From the NCBI RefSeq assembly GCF_963921235.1, contig NC_086097.1, positions 81,532,001-81,596,000 on the forward strand: a stretch of 64,000 bases of DNA, in the 5' to 3' direction. Positions within the stretch are counted from its first letter, which is position 1; each line of letters starts with the position of its first letter. Made by a program: the position numbers and the translations under genes. This stretch comes from Mobula hypostoma (taxonomy: Eukaryota). The notes beneath the pieces were generated by a model. That model was not told the origin of the DNA. It did not search any database and saw nothing but the letters and a program-made list of their open reading frames with translations. Positions 1-13,660 of the stretch are shown piece after piece.

Positions 1-112
1 CAAATCTCTTACTACCTCTTCTTTCAGTTAGTCCTGATGAAGGGTCTCAGCCCGAAACATCGACTGTACCTCTTCCTAGAGGTGCTGCATTCACCAGCAA
101 TTTTTATGTGTG
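1..112 (+). mobile_element. 3' tail of Neptune-type Penelope-like element (cut by window start)
   Basis: Near-identical to the tail after the GIY-YIG ORF at 37135-37258. Confidence 0.85.
30..65 (+). ncRNA. Minimal type I hammerhead ribozyme motif in PLE tail
   Basis: agtc-CTGATGA-a-ggg(tctcag)ccc-GAAA-c-ATC-gact: core boxes, stem II, and stem I agtc/gact. Confidence 0.7.
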
Positions 113-2169
113 TCCCTTCTTCAGAGCTCCTCTTTGGCCTGAAGCATTTGCTCCACTTCCCCATAGATGTGGCTTGATTTGCTGAGTATTTCCAGCATTG
201 TGCTTTTATTTCAGATTTCCACCATCTGCAGTTATTTTTTGAAATTCACTTCATACCTCTGTGACCTAGATTTAAAAGGCAATGTGAAGAGACAGCAATG
301 TGCTCTGTTCTTTGAGTTCAGCATACCCTACATTGTATTGACAAATGGGATATACAATCATTTTGGCCACAAGTTTAAGGGAAACAAAACAATTAACACA
401 TGCATCTGGTACACATTTTCAAGATGTCATTTGGAAACACATTATCAGCTTAAAGCACAGGGAGTCGATCAACATTCAAGCTATGTTGAAACAGAGCCAC
501 AAGCTTGAAACAACTGCCTGCAAAGCAAATGCTCACATACTTCACTTTACAGAAGAAAATAGTTTAATGATGGTAGAATAAATTTGTGTGAAAAGGTTCC
601 TGTAGCAAACTTGTTGCTCCCCTGTCATAACCCCTAGCTGGACTCCTACTAGTTCTTTCAGATTTAACAATGAACAGAAAGAAAGCCTTAATGAACTGAC
701 ACAAGAGACAAGAAACAAAAAATTTGCCTGTGAAATTTTCAGTCTCCTTGCCAAATGAATCACAAATAACAGAAAGCAAAAGGGAAAAATCTGGTTAAAC
801 ATTAATACAAATGTAATTAATTTCCCAAACACATTTCAAAATTGGCCAAGGAAAAGAACCACATTGTTATGTCTAGCTTCTTGTATCAATAGTAAAGATG
901 ACATGCAAACTGAAAATACTGTGACAAATCAAAATCCCATCAGGGTTTTAAATAAACAGATGCTTTTGAAAGAAATTATGCCATTCAGGTCCATTAAATT
1001 CTGAGAAACCACTACAGGATCCTCACCTGTAACACAACAGCTGAAATTAAAACAATGGATTTCCCCAACAGCTCTCTACAGAACTATCACAGTCTACACA
1101 ACATCCAAAGATGTGTACCTACTGTACATGCTACAGAAGCTAAGAAATGATATTAGAGCTATTTCATGCTTGACTATTGTGTCTAAGAATTTACAGCTGC
1201 AGGGGACTTTACAGAGAAAAATGCTGATACCTCCAGTCAGTTTGTAAAATATTAACATTTTAATGCATTCCAATCACTTGGAAAGCAGAACAACACAATT
1301 GCCACTTTGTCCTTGTGTGGTAATGAGCACAGATGCTAAACTGTTCTTCCCAGTTTTTATCGTAACACAAGCATAAAAATAATCACTGTCATTATATCGT
1401 ACATAGCTCCCAGAAGTGGTTTAAGAAAGATAGGCTCCTCTGACATCTGTCACAGTCCAACAACACGGACCTTTAATGATTTTTTTTAGCCATAAATTCA
1501 CAAAACATACAAATTATGTATAGGTGGAGATTCAAAGTTTCTATTTGTAAAAAATGTTTAGTGGCCTAAAGGTCAATTTAAAAGATCCATTTACAGCATT
1601 TCAATGAAAATGGACAGAAATGTTATGCTGAATTAGTTTAACAGTCCATTTCTCAGCCAATCATTTCCATTAGCTCTGTTTGCACCTCCTGTTACAATTA
1701 CTTCACATCTTTATTGTAACAGCTAAGTGTACAGTGCAGCAGGACAAAGGAGATAAGAAAAAAGTGAATATCATCCCATTCTAAAACCACTTCTGACATT
1801 GGACACTGTTTACGAATGAAATTGCCATCATTTCCTGACCATAATTATTTACAGGAATAAAAGGAGTTTGGACTTAACTTTTGCACTCACATTGTCCCTT
1901 TTCATCCTTCTAGTTACGTCATTCCATGCTGTGTGCACTTCCCAATGTGCTATTCCATTTGTCAAGTTCTAGTTTAACTTTAATTGTTATTCAACTGTAC
2001 ATACTGTATGTATACAACCAAATGAAACAGCATTCCTGTGAGGCCAAGGTGCACAGCACATATAGTCACACACAGCACATATAATTACACCAATGAACCG
2101 GACTTGCAATACTTTATATTACCAATGTACAAAAGGCTCTTGTGGTCACAAGAAAAACACTTATGACAA

Positions 2170-3250
2170 AAAGGATCTGGTGCTTTCCCGGTGTATGTGA
2201 TGATTAAACTCTTTTCGGGCTTCCAGCCAGTACGGGTATCGATTATATGCCAAGTCTCAACAGCAAACTCTGCCATCTTCAGAGATGATGCCAGCATACG
2301 TGGTATTTATATGCCCGAAGTCCATCCCTCTTGATTGGGTGAGGACTAATCAATCAGGTTTCCACTCTCCCACCTTGTTTACAATTGAATTCCAGTTCTT
2401 ACTTAGAATGAGACCTTTGTCTTTGTTAAAATTCTTTTCCTCTAGTTTTATTTCAATGGCTTCATTTACCAGGTGGTCCCAAAACCCACTAGTATGGCAC
2501 AGAGTTTTGTGCCATCGATATCAATCCTACGGCTATTGCGAATGCAGTGTTCTGTTACCACCAATTTCTTTAGGTAACCCAAACGGATACCCCTCCTATG
2601 CTCCTTGCTACGGGTTTCCACCGTGCATTCTGTCTGGCTGCTATACACTGCTCTATATTCACAGGGAATCCATCCCAGGTCGTCTTTCACCCACATAAGC
2701 TGTGATTTGAGCTTCCTTATGGGTTTGTGGATGGTATTAATATCTGGTATTTCTTCAGGATCCCAGCGATCCTTCCAGAAACCGTGGAAATAACGGGAAG
2801 GCAGGCGGTAGCAACATGTTCCTTCTCATTGTTTGGTTTCACAATTTTTCTGGATTGATTTCCTTCACCTTATAGCTATTCTGTAGGAACACCATGCATA
2901 ATAGTCTTATTTCATCAAGGTGTTTCTCTGGGTCCGAAATAGTTTTTGCACGGTTAATCAAAGTAGAAAGAACTGCTCTACATTGGGAGGCGTGATGCTG
3001 GCTGTTATTGTTGAAGTATAAGTCTGTGTGAGTAGGTTTCCAATAGACACTATGTCAGAGGTTACCATTAAAATGTCCAGGTTGGGGGGAGGGGGAGCAG
3101 CAACCATTCTTCTTCATGTCCATTATAAATTGAATGATTGGATGTACACTGTTCAGATGGTTGTGGAGTCCAAGAGGCCACAATAAGAAGTTATTATCGA
3201 TGTATCTGAAGCAGCATTTGGGGCTTAACGGCAATGAACTCAGAGCCCTG
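2170..3250 (-). mobile_element. Poseidon-type Penelope-like element, decayed, 5'-truncated (left arm of inverted pair)
   Basis: Minus-strand RT remnant CFRYIDN..LNSVHPIIQF; GIY-YIG remnant CEYRAVY..QT..EH; same 3' end as 4190-4290. Confidence 0.8.
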
Positions 3251-4290
3251 ATGGAGATGGAGAAGAATGATTGCCCCCCGTTCCTGGACATTCTAACAGG
3301 ACACAAACCGTTTGGTAGCCTCAGACATGGCTTCCAACGAAACCCACTCACAGGGACATATGCTTCAACAATAACAGCCACCATCATGCCTCCCAACGTA
3401 CAGTAATTCCTTCTACTTTGATTAACCATGCAAAAACTATTTTGGACCCAGAGAGACTCCTTGAGGAAATAAGATGATTAGGCTCGTTGTTCCTACAGAA
3501 TAGCTACAAAGTGAAGGAAATCAAAAGGGTCGACAGAAAAACCAGTAAATCTAACAACAAGAGAATCCGTCGCACTGCTTATCTTCCCTATATTTCCATG
3601 GTTTCTGGAAGGATCACCAGGATCCTGAAGAAATACTAAATTAAATTGTTACTTCAATGTACTCATGCTATTTCTTTTGTATACTATAACAATAAAAAGA
3701 TTTGAAATGAAAGAAAGAAATACTAAATTAATATCATTCACAAACCTGTAAGGAAGCTAAAATCACAGTTTATATGGTGGAAGATGACCTGGGGTTCAGT
3801 TTAGCTGGCATTTACAGGGTTCCCGGTGAATGCAGAGCAGTGTATAATGGCCAGACAGAACACACGGTGGAAGCTCACATCAAGGAGCACAGGATTACCC
3901 GGAGGAATCACCGGTAGCAGAACACTACATTTGCAATGGCCACAGAATTGACATCAATGGCACAAAATTACTGTTGCACCAATGGCTTTTGGGACTGCCC
4001 AGTAAAAGAAGCCATTGAAATAAAACTGGAGGAAAAGAATTTTAGCAAAGACAAAGGTTTCACTCTAAGGAAAAACTGGAATTTAATTGTAAACAAGGTG
4101 GGAGAGCAGAGAGCTGATTGGATTAGGACTAACCAATCAGGTGGGACGAGCTACGAGTATATAAATATCACCAAACTTGACATGCCCAGGCATCTTCCCT
4201 GATGAAGATGGCAGAGTTTGTCATTGCAACATTTTTTAAAATCGATACCTGTACCCGGCTGGAAGCCCGAGTGGAGTCTATTCGTCATTT
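3251..4290 (+). mobile_element. Poseidon-type Penelope-like element, decayed (right arm of inverted pair)
   Basis: MEMEKNDCPPFLDIL (RT C-terminal part); KEAIEIKLEEKNFSKDKGFTL (endonuclease end); inverted homology to 2170-3250. Confidence 0.8.
3645..3714 (+). mobile_element. 70-bp non-LTR (L1-like) 3' end insertion
   Basis: AATAAA plus (GAAA)n tail, flanked by a 17-bp direct repeat aagaaatactaaattaa (3628-3644, 3715-3731). Confidence 0.7.
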
Positions 4291-4559
4291 AAGACAAACA
4301 TTTACACCATTTGTTGTGACTAACCAAGCTGCCATCTTACCAGGAATCCAGGTCAAAGCAACATATCCATATTTTATCAAGTTACTAATTTGCCTGACCA
4401 AAAATCATCAGATTTGAATACAAATTCAGGAACCACAATATAGGACTTTTCAAGATCAGACAGGAACATAGTTCTTCTTCCTTGCCTGAAGAGGCAAAGG
4501 GCCACTCAGGCAACTTTTAGTACATCCACCATTACCCACTGTGAGATCAATAGACAGTT

Positions 4560-4823
4560 TATTAACTTTATTTTATTTGTAAATACAACATGGAAAAGGC
4601 CTTTCAAGCCACACCACCTTGCAACCCTGACTTAACCCTAACCTAATCAAAGGGCAATTTACAAATGACCGATTAACCTACCCTGTAGACCATTGGATTG
4701 TGGTAGACAGCTGGAGCAACCGAGGAAAACCAACATTTTGCACTCCTTGAAGATGACACTGGAATTGAAATCCAAACTCCAACACCTCGAGCTGTAACAG
4801 TGTCAATGAAAACCACTACGCTA
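4560..4823 (-). mobile_element. V-SINE-like tRNA-derived SINE, decayed
   Basis: Minus strand starts tagcgtagtggtt (A-box-like); V-domain-like ggtttcctcggttgctcc; homologous to 55855-56110. Confidence 0.6.
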
Positions 4824-5169
4824 TTGAATGAGGGGTGATGTTGCAAAAGTATATAAAATTATGAGGGACATTCATAATTACTTTCATTTTCGATCAATTC
4901 AGCATCATAAAGTTAACTTCTAAGAAACATTAAGCCACTATGAACTACTCAATGGTCAAAATGAGATCTAAAAAAACATTCTAATTTATTCAGACTTGGA
5001 AATGTGTTTGCAGACACTGCTGACCCGTTCAGCAATTCTAACATCTTATGTGCTATATCATAACAATTTTGAAAGCTTGAGACAAACTTCAATCAGAGAA
5101 AGCATGGCAGAAATACCTTGCGCAATTCCACTACAATTGTCATTCCTGGAGGTCAGTAGTTGTGAACAA

Positions 5170-5685
5170 GTACGGTATATTTTCTACAGAACGCTGGAGA
5201 GAATTCTGATTGGATGCATTAGTGGCAGATATGAAGGCTCCAAAATACAGCAACGAAAGAGGCTGTTAGAGCAGGGGTTTCCAACCTAGGTTCCACAGAC
5301 CCCCTAGTTAATGGTAGGGGTCCAAGGCATTAAAAAAGGTTGGGGACCCCTGTGAAGGGTTGCACATTTAGCCGGCTCCATCATGGGCACAAACCTTCCA
5401 CACCATTGAGGACATCATCAAGTTACTGTATCTCAAGTAGGCGGCATCCATTATTGAGCAGCCTCACCATCCTCTTCACATGAGTACCATCAGGGAAGAG
5501 GTACAGAAGCCTGAAGACTCACACTCAAAATTGTAAGAACAGCTTCCTAACCTCCACTATCTGATTTCTGTATGGTCCATGAACAGTGCTTCAAGATTCC
5601 TCATTTGCACTACTCCTTATTGAAAGTTATTGTATTTTTTATGTCTTGTAGGGAACCTCTGCCATAAAGCAACAAATTTCACAAC
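5170..5685 (+). mobile_element. Rex1/Babar-type LINE 3' fragment
   Basis: FYRTLERILIGCI...; PSGKRYRSLKTHT..KNSF C-terminal motifs. Confidence 0.65.
5272..5352. mobile_element. 81-bp hAT-type MITE inserted in the Rex1 fragment
   Basis: Terminal inverted repeats CAGGGGTTTCCAACC / GGTTGGGGACCCCTG; TSD degraded. Confidence 0.7.
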
Positions 5686-6277
5686 AACACACACAAAATG
5701 CTGGAGGAACTCAGCAGGTCAGGCAGCATCTATGGAAATGAATAACCAGTCAACATTTCAAGCTTAGACACCTCTTCAGTACTGGAAAGGAAGGGGGAAG
5801 ATGCTAGAATGAAAAGATGGGGAAGGGGAAGGAGGGCTAGCTAGGTGTTAGGTGAAACCAGGAGAATGGGAAAAGCAAAAGGCTGGAGAAAGAGGAATCT
5901 GATAGGAGAGGAGAGTGGACAATGGGAGAAGGGGAAGAAGGAGGGGCACCAGGGGAAGGTGATAGGCAAGTGAGGAGAACAGGTTAGAGGCCAGAGTGGG
6001 GAATAGAAGAAAAGGGAAGGGGGAGGAAACAAAGCAATTACTGGAAGGAGAAACTGATATTCATGCCATCAGGTTAGAGGCTACCTAAACAGAATATAAG
6101 GTGTTGCTCCTCCACCCTGAAAATGGGCTCAACGTAGCAAACGAGGTGGCCATGGACCAACATGTCAGAATGGGAATGGCATAGGAATTAAAATGGTTGG
6201 CCACTGGGAAATTCCGCTTTTAGTGGGTGGATGGAGCAGAGGTGCTCACCAGTGCAGTCCCCCAATTTACGTCAGAT
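5686..6277 (-). mobile_element. Neptune-type PLE fragment (GIY-YIG C-terminus plus tail with degenerate hammerhead)
   Basis: Homologous to 46260-46500; tail at 5686-5790. Confidence 0.8.
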
Positions 6278-6618
6278 CTCATCTCCTTCTACCTTAGGCC
6301 ACGAACCTATCCATCACCCCTGCTGTTGACCACCTAGAGATCCAAGACGCTCTCGTTACATGCACATGCAGTTCAAATCTTTGAGTGATAATGCAGAAAG
6401 CTTGAAGTTAATAACTCATCTCCTTCCACCTTAGGCCACAAACTTATCAATCACCCCTGCTGTGGACCACTTCTACAAAGAAGTGATCCGTATGCTCCAC
6501 GACCACTGGACTAAGTGTGTACATGTAGGAGGGGATTATGTTGAAAAATAAATGTGCTAGGTTTTCTAAAATTGACTCCTTCTACCTCAGGCCACGAACT
6601 TATCAATCACCCCTTATA
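6278..6618 (+). mobile_element. Mariner-derived remnant with three direct copies of the right TIR
   Basis: 6471-6551 encodes FYKEVIRMLHDHWTKCVHVGGDYVEK* (mariner C-terminus); ctccttctaccttaggccacgaacttatcaatcacccct occurs three times. Confidence 0.8.
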
Positions 6619-8509
6619 AAATGTTGTGCTAATTTATTATTTATATTAATTAATTTTTTTAAATGGTGGCAAAGTCCTGAAGTAGTTCATCAATTGGCCA
6701 ATGAAAAATAAAAATTATGGAGCCTGAAGTTAATCTGTTACTGCTGCATTTTAGAGATACTAGTTTGCCAGTTCAGACAAAATCAGCAGCTTAATGCTTA
6801 TGGAAAAGGCTCACACCTGAAACCAAACTACCACTCACAAAACTTACAACTTTTAAACACTGCGGAATGGCTTTGAAAACATTACATTTTCATGATAGCT
6901 AATGACAAATGCATGCTTATTTCCAAAATGCCTATTATACTGATTGTTTAAAAAAAATCATCGACCACACTGATCTGCTTTTTCCATTAGAGGAAGAATC
7001 TGTCAAGAGGAAGTTAATGTTAGACTACTTTTAGATTCCATTAAAGTGTCTGCACTCTTGGGGGCCTTTGTATCCTCATTTGCCTCCAGGCTGATTGGAA
7101 GTCAATGGATAGATAGCGAACCCATTTTAAAGAGGTCTTAAAAATTCTTCATGAATTCTTCCCTAGATATGTTTTACCCTTCGAGAATTCAAATTTCTAT
7201 TTGAATTGGGTTGTAAATTGAATCACTTCAGCTTCATCAATGCCAAACAGAATGAGTGGAAAATTTTTGCAGGAAAGTGGAAGTACACAAGTTGAATGTG
7301 TTGTTTCTGCCATCAGAAAGTATCGCAGACTCCCAAGGGATTCAACAGAATTTGTCAAATAGCAGTGAGGCCCTCAATATATTGGCTGAGTTGACAATGT
7401 TGAGGGACAAATGCATCGGAGTTAACTCAGTCTTATTAATGCTGATGAAGGTGCATCGCATGCAAGTCTAATGGCCAGCAGTAATGAAGCCTCAACTTTC
7501 CACTCATTGAAAATGAAAACAACTGCAGATAACAGAAATCCAAAAGTGCTGGAAGCAGTCAATGTCTGGCTGAGGGAACTGACAAAGCATTGTCAGAAAG
7601 ATGACAATTTTACACCACAACCAAGTCATTTTGTACTTTTTAGCATTTTACGGCAAATTGCATCTTTCAAGTTTTCCCACAGATGTAATTGAAATGAAAC
7701 TGTGATTTTACGTATTCATCTTACTTAAAAACAAAATTATTTCTTATTGGAGACTTTTAACCGTGTCAGTGTCACTGTCCCTGGCAGGAATTAATTGGTT
7801 CAAAACTGCTGACAGATTCAGAGAGTTCAAATGTTAGGAATATAAAAAGTCTGCCTCGGCATAGAAATTGGTAGCTTTTCCCATTAAGCATATGAAACTT
7901 GCATTTAAAAACACTGAGTCTAAAGTTAAAGTAAAAACAAACTTTTTTTTGCATCAATTTAGTAACTCTCCAATAACATTGCTGAAATGGAGCATTAGGA
8001 AAAAACAGGAAAATTAAGTGTTACATTGCTAACGCAAGTTCAACGTGTGGTGGGTGGGAGTAATATAACAGACAAAGCAATCTGGAGAACATCTGAAAGG
8101 TATTGAATCTGGGGAAGGGCCACTGTGCAGAAGCTGGGCTTGGCTATGCAGATAAGTTTATCATCGTATATTGATCATTCTGAAATACTACAAGACTTGC
8201 TTTTTAACTTGAATATGTAGTTATCTGAACTAAAGGAATGCTGCCAATACTCATACAGTTCTGCCAATTTTCAAGGCTGCTGCTCTAATGCTGACCTTCT
8301 TCATTTGACCAATGTGTCTGTGTCAGGCCATAACCTCCCAAATTTCCTCTACCTCTCTACTCAATGCTCCATATTTAAGATGCTACTTAAAACTTTTCTC
8401 CTCAAAAGTGATGTCGAACAGGTATCAAACATTGTTTGATAATATTGCTGTGAAACCTTAGGCAATTCACTATGTCAAAGTGCGCTTTGTATATCAAAAG
8501 TTGTTGCTA

Positions 8510-8720
8510 AGGGCACAGTGACACAGCTGGTAGATCCCACAACTCCATCCATCTGGTTTAATCCTGATCCTTTGTGCTGAGTGTGTGTAATCTGCATATT
8601 CAACCTGCGACTGCGCTGGTTTCCTACAAGTCCTCTAGATTCCCTCCATATCCCAATGACGTATGGCTTGGTAGTTTAACTGGCCACCCTAAGCTACATT
8701 TAGTGCACAGGTGAGTAGTA
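8510..8720 (+). mobile_element. V-SINE-like element, old
   Basis: tRNA-like head gcacagtgacacagctggtag; V-domain-like tgcatattc..ctgcgctggtttcc..cccaatgacgt. Confidence 0.55.
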
Positions 8721-11589
8721 GATGATGAATAAGAATACATGGGACAGTGGAGAGAACCTAATATTGAGGGTAGGATTGCTGTCAAACTGTGAATTCCCGA
8801 CCCACTTGGTGGGCCACAGACTATGTTTCCAAGCTGCATCTCTCAATGACAATGAGGAGGAAGGACAAACTCAACTGCCTTGTGTGGGCAGTTATTAAAG
8901 GAAATAGAGGAACTGCATCATTACAGCAAGTAATTGAAGAGCATCCTTCTAGTGAGGTTGATATATCACTATTGCCAAATATTAGATTCAGCTTGTATTA
9001 AATTCAGTTTGTATTCGTGACTACTGAGACTGCTTTATAAAATCATAACCAGCTGCTCAGAAGGTTAAATGGTTGCAATTCCTTTCACTGATCTGCATAT
9101 GGAAGTGGGTTAAAAAGAAATTTGTTTTGGTTTAATGGGAAGCTTTCATCCATACTTTATCACCACAAATGATTTGAGCACCCTTTAGTCAAATTACAAC
9201 CAATATGCCATTTAATTTCCTTGGTAGCCCAAATCAGAATGGCTTGATTGTCTCTGTAAGTGCAATGTCAAACATGCCACACAGTGCAACACAAACACTG
9301 CAATTCTCAAAGTCAGGTTAATTTAATGTCTAGTTCCTGGGTTGTTCACAGCAATTTGATTTTTTTTCTTACAACTCCAACAGTTTTTCTCCAAAGAAAT
9401 AAATTCCTTGAGTTAACATTATTATTTTTACTGAAAGCAAAGAGCAGTGAACTGACACACCAGCATTTCTTATTGCACTGGAGAGTGTCATTCTGTATTC
9501 CAAGTACCAACATTTTAGGGGTCATGGTTGGACTAGTCATATCAATAAGAGAAGGGCATTCTGTTGCAAGTGCCTCATCTCTAAGCATTCTCCATTTACA
9601 TGAAATTTTCATTAGATCCATCAACAACAAAACGTGGCTTCAGAGTATACCATCTGTAAGATGCACAGCAGCAACTTAGCACAGTTTCTTTCATATCTCC
9701 CAAAGCCAGAATCACAACCATCCAGAAGCGCGAGGGCAGAGGACTAAAGAAAACAACAACTGAAAGTTTCTGTACCAAATTGGAGATGTATCATCATTCC
9801 TTTGTTCAAACTGGCTCAAATTTCCAAAGCTCCATGTATCTCCATCATCTTCATGACAGAGTTTAGAGCTGTTTGCCACCATCTTCTGGTCAGCAATTTA
9901 AAAATAAAGAGGCAATAAATGCCGACCTTGGCAGCAGCTCCTTAACCTAAAAATTTATTAATTTAGAGAAGTCACTATCCAGTCTCACAAATAAAAATGT
10001 ACACATCAAATTGTGACCTTCCAACCGAAAACTTTACATCTGTAGATCTTTGCACTTGGCATACCTTCTGCACACTATTTGTCCTTTAGAATAGCTGCAG
10101 TTTAATCAATCACAACTTTATATCAACAGCACTGTTGTCCAATCACACCTTGAAATTTGGCAAAAATGCATGCTCACTGCAGCATCAGTGAATAAATCAT
10201 CACTCTCATTGATATAGAAGTAAGCTATGAGGCAGTGATTTATAAGCTAGATTCGGCAGAGCTTAATTCCTTGGTAACTCCTTGGTTACCAAGACACAAA
10301 CTGCTGCCTGCATCTCTCAACTGCTTCAGAGGTCAAAGATTATTGCTCTCATCTCCTCGTTCCTCAGAACATTGCTCATGCTAATTTGGATTTTTTTTTA
10401 AAAATCTGGCTCGAAATTGCCATTATATTCAGACACAAGGCCATACTTGACACAGTTTTGCAACTTTGTAGTACTAACTAGCTCCCTGTATGAACATCAA
10501 ATATTGCTCCTAAAAACAGATTCAGTATTTTTAAAAGCCATAAAACTAGCCATTCTACACTTTGAAATTATCTGCTTCAGTACACTGAATTCTTTCGAAT
10601 GGAATGAAATATTGCAACACTATCTCTTTGAACATTTATACAAAAGCAAAATACCAGAAATGTTGAAAACTGTTATTAATGAGAAAATCTGGTGATTCTC
10701 AAAAGTTCAGGTAACAAGTGGAAGGACAAACAGAATTAACGTTCCTAATGACCTTTTACCAGAGCCTTCCATTTATTTCAGACTTCCAGTAGCCATAGTA
10801 TTTTGTAGTATTTTTGAGCTGCATTGAGTGAAGTTGCATTTTAGCTTCTTGGACATTTTATTCTGAACCTCTTTGACCTAGTTTTTTTGGCATCTAATCT
10901 TGGAAGTCATGGTGCCAAATCTATTTTGATAATGCTCAGGCAAAGCACTTTAGGAAGGTGCACTCTGATCATTTTGCTGCCTACATGACTGTCACAGCCA
11001 TCTTCCTTGTACACATCAATACTAATCCCATTAGGTTGCATATCACTGGAAAAATGCACGATATCAATACATCAAAATGAAAAATAAATGGGGTCAGAAG
11101 TAGGCCCACGACACAATATGGTACCACATATCAACACATTTCATGACATATGTCAGCGGTAATTATCTGACTTCTCTGCCATTCATCACAGATTACAGGT
11201 GAGCCTTTGCCTCAGCAGTATTTCATATCCCTTGACTCTCTTGACACCCGTAAGATTTGGGCATACCCTGAGCATTGTCTGGAGGCTTGAGGTCAAGCAG
11301 CATAGTTCAGAAACTCAAGCTGAAATCTCAAATATCCTTGTACCTCTACAGATCACTTAAGCCTGCTGGAGTCCCTCCTGAGCTGCTTTTGATCCAGATT
11401 ACACCATCTGCTGCCTCTTGTTCCCAATATGGATTGGTTTAGTGGAACAGTCCATTTCTGGGTTACAAATATTATTTAATGCTTAGCTTTGAAATTCAAG
11501 GTAACCTATATTGCCATATCTTGATAATACAGAGTCTGAGCAGACACTAAGTGGTGCCTGAATTCTGGACCCTTCTTGTAAACAAAAAC

Positions 11590-12342
11590 TTAAAAGTTAA
11601 TTTTCAAAGATATAGCATGCATCTTTCATTCAAACGAATCCCTCACTGTGTAGAATTTCACTGCTCAAAGAAAAGCATCAAACCCCGCGGGCATCCCAGT
11701 ATGCAAAAAAAAACAAGCTGCACTAATGGCAAAAAAACGAGTGAAAACACAGAATATAAAAAACAAAATCAAAAGTGTCTAGGCATATCCAGTTCACTTC
11801 AATATAGTGCTGCATTGTTCATTAACTGTAGGCCATCTGATCAAAATTGCCCAAAATAGCAACAAATAAGTTATCAACCAGAAACCAGAAACACGTCACA
11901 TAAAGAGAACAACAGGGTCCAACCCACAAACCTAGTCGATTAAACTTTGCGTGAGGGGAAGGGAGAGAGACCATCACACACAGACAGCTTACTCCAGTAG
12001 CAGCAAGCAAGAGGCTGGCGGACAGCGCTAAACACCCACTCGGCTCAATGATTTCAATCTTCCTCAATGCTTCAACTAGCAAGATTTGTACTTGATCATG
12101 GCCTCCAGGTTTCTTGGACTCGAGTTCGCACACTTCACTTCAAACCTCACCAATCATCCTTGGAGACTGCAAAGTGCCAGATCGCTCAATCGACTCAAAA
12201 ACACACCACCAAAATGTAGTTCACAGGCTCACAGGCTCCAACCATAGCAGAACCACATTTGAAAAATGATGTAAAAGTAGCTGTTTTGTGAACCATCTGA
12301 AGGAAGCCGCACTTGATCAGAATAGTCGAAGGTGCCATCTTC
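11590..12342 (-). repeat. Unclassified interspersed repeat (probable non-autonomous retroelement)
   Basis: CpG-richer than its flanks; minus strand opens aagatggcacc and ends in a LINE-like T-rich tail; family not identified. Confidence 0.35.
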
Positions 12343-12434
12343 TTTTTAGAAAACTGCAAGAGTTAGTGGTGCTGAAAATCAATCTATCATAGTCCAGGTT
12401 TAGGAATTTTTGTTTTTTTTTCCAACTAAAAGAT

Positions 12435-12830
12435 AGAGTAACATGGCACCGCATGGGTCCTTAACCCACGATATTGTACTACCACAATAAAAGTACTCCA
12501 CAATCAATCTGACCCTTCCTTCCGACATAGCCCATAACCTTTCATATGCCTATCTAACAGTCTTTACAATCTTTCTATTGCATTGTCCTCTACCTCCATT
12601 CCTAGCAGAACCATCACTCTGCAAAAAAAAACCTACCCTACATACCCACTAAATTTTCCTACACTCACCTTAAGTACACCTCCTCTGGTATTGTGCATTG
12701 CCACTCTGGGGGAATGATGCTGGCTGTGCGCTCTGTCTATTCCTCTCAATCTTATATACCTCTATCAAGCCATCTCTCATCGTCTATCTCTCCAGAGAGA
12801 AAAGGCTGTGCAAGCTCAAACTTTCTTTAT
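12435..12830 (-). mobile_element. CR1 LINE 3' fragment, old
   Basis: Homologous to the CR1 3' end at 45068-45480. Confidence 0.6.
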
Positions 12831-12974
12831 TGGACAATCAATCATTCATCACTTTCTAAAGAATTTGTTGCAACTGCTCAAAACTGTGCCCAAGTTCATT
12901 TCCAAGTTACTTAACTTCAAGCTGCACTATCAGTTAACAAACAATGCCACAGAAATTCATTATTAGCAGGAAGA

Positions 12975-13660
12975 TGATGCACTTCTTCTACTTCCTGTGG
13001 AGTCTGCAAAGATTCTGCATGACATCTAAACTTTGATAAACGTCTATAGGTGTGTGGTGGAGAGTACATTGACTGGTCGCACAACAGCATGGTATGGAAA
13101 CACCAATGCCCTTGAATGGAAAATCCTAAAAACTAGTGGATCCAGCCCAGTCCATCACAGGTAAAGCCCTCCCCACCAATCTGCACATCTACACAAAGCA
13201 TTGTCATAGGAAAGCAGTATCTATCATAGGGGATCCCACCACCCAGGTCATGCTCTCTTCTCACTGATGCAACAGGAAGATGGTACAGAAGCCTCAGGAC
13301 TCACACCAGTAGGTTCAGCAACAGTTATTACCCCTCAACAGGCTCCTGAACCAACGGGAATAACTTCACTTACCCCATCACTGAAATGTTCTCACAACCT
13401 ATGGGCTCACTTTCCAACACTCATCATCTTATGTTCCCAATATTTATTAGCAATTTATTTATTGTTTTATTTCTTTCCTTTTGTATTTGCACAGTTTGTG
13501 TCTTTTGCACACTGGTGAACACCCAAGTTGATGCGCTCTTTCATTGATTCTATTATGGTTATTATTCTATTAAGGATTTATTGAGATGCCTGCAAGAAAA
13601 TGATCTCAGGGTTGTATATGGTGACATACATGTACTTTGATAAAAACTTTACTTTGAACA
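12975..13660 (+). mobile_element. Rex1/Babar-type LINE 3' fragment
   Basis: YRCVVESTLTG..TAWYGN; HPGHALFSL..GR.YRSLRTHTSRFSNSYYP; tail ataaaaactttactttgaac. Confidence 0.75.

Noticed and set aside
167..832. Short ORFs here and similar 60-140 aa ORFs elsewhere in unique DNA
   Set aside because: No recognisable domains or splice structure; consistent with chance ORFs or antisense frames of repeats.
6278..6618. CRISPR-like repeat-spacer array
   Set aside because: Eukaryotic context; the repeats are mariner TIRs and one spacer encodes transposase.
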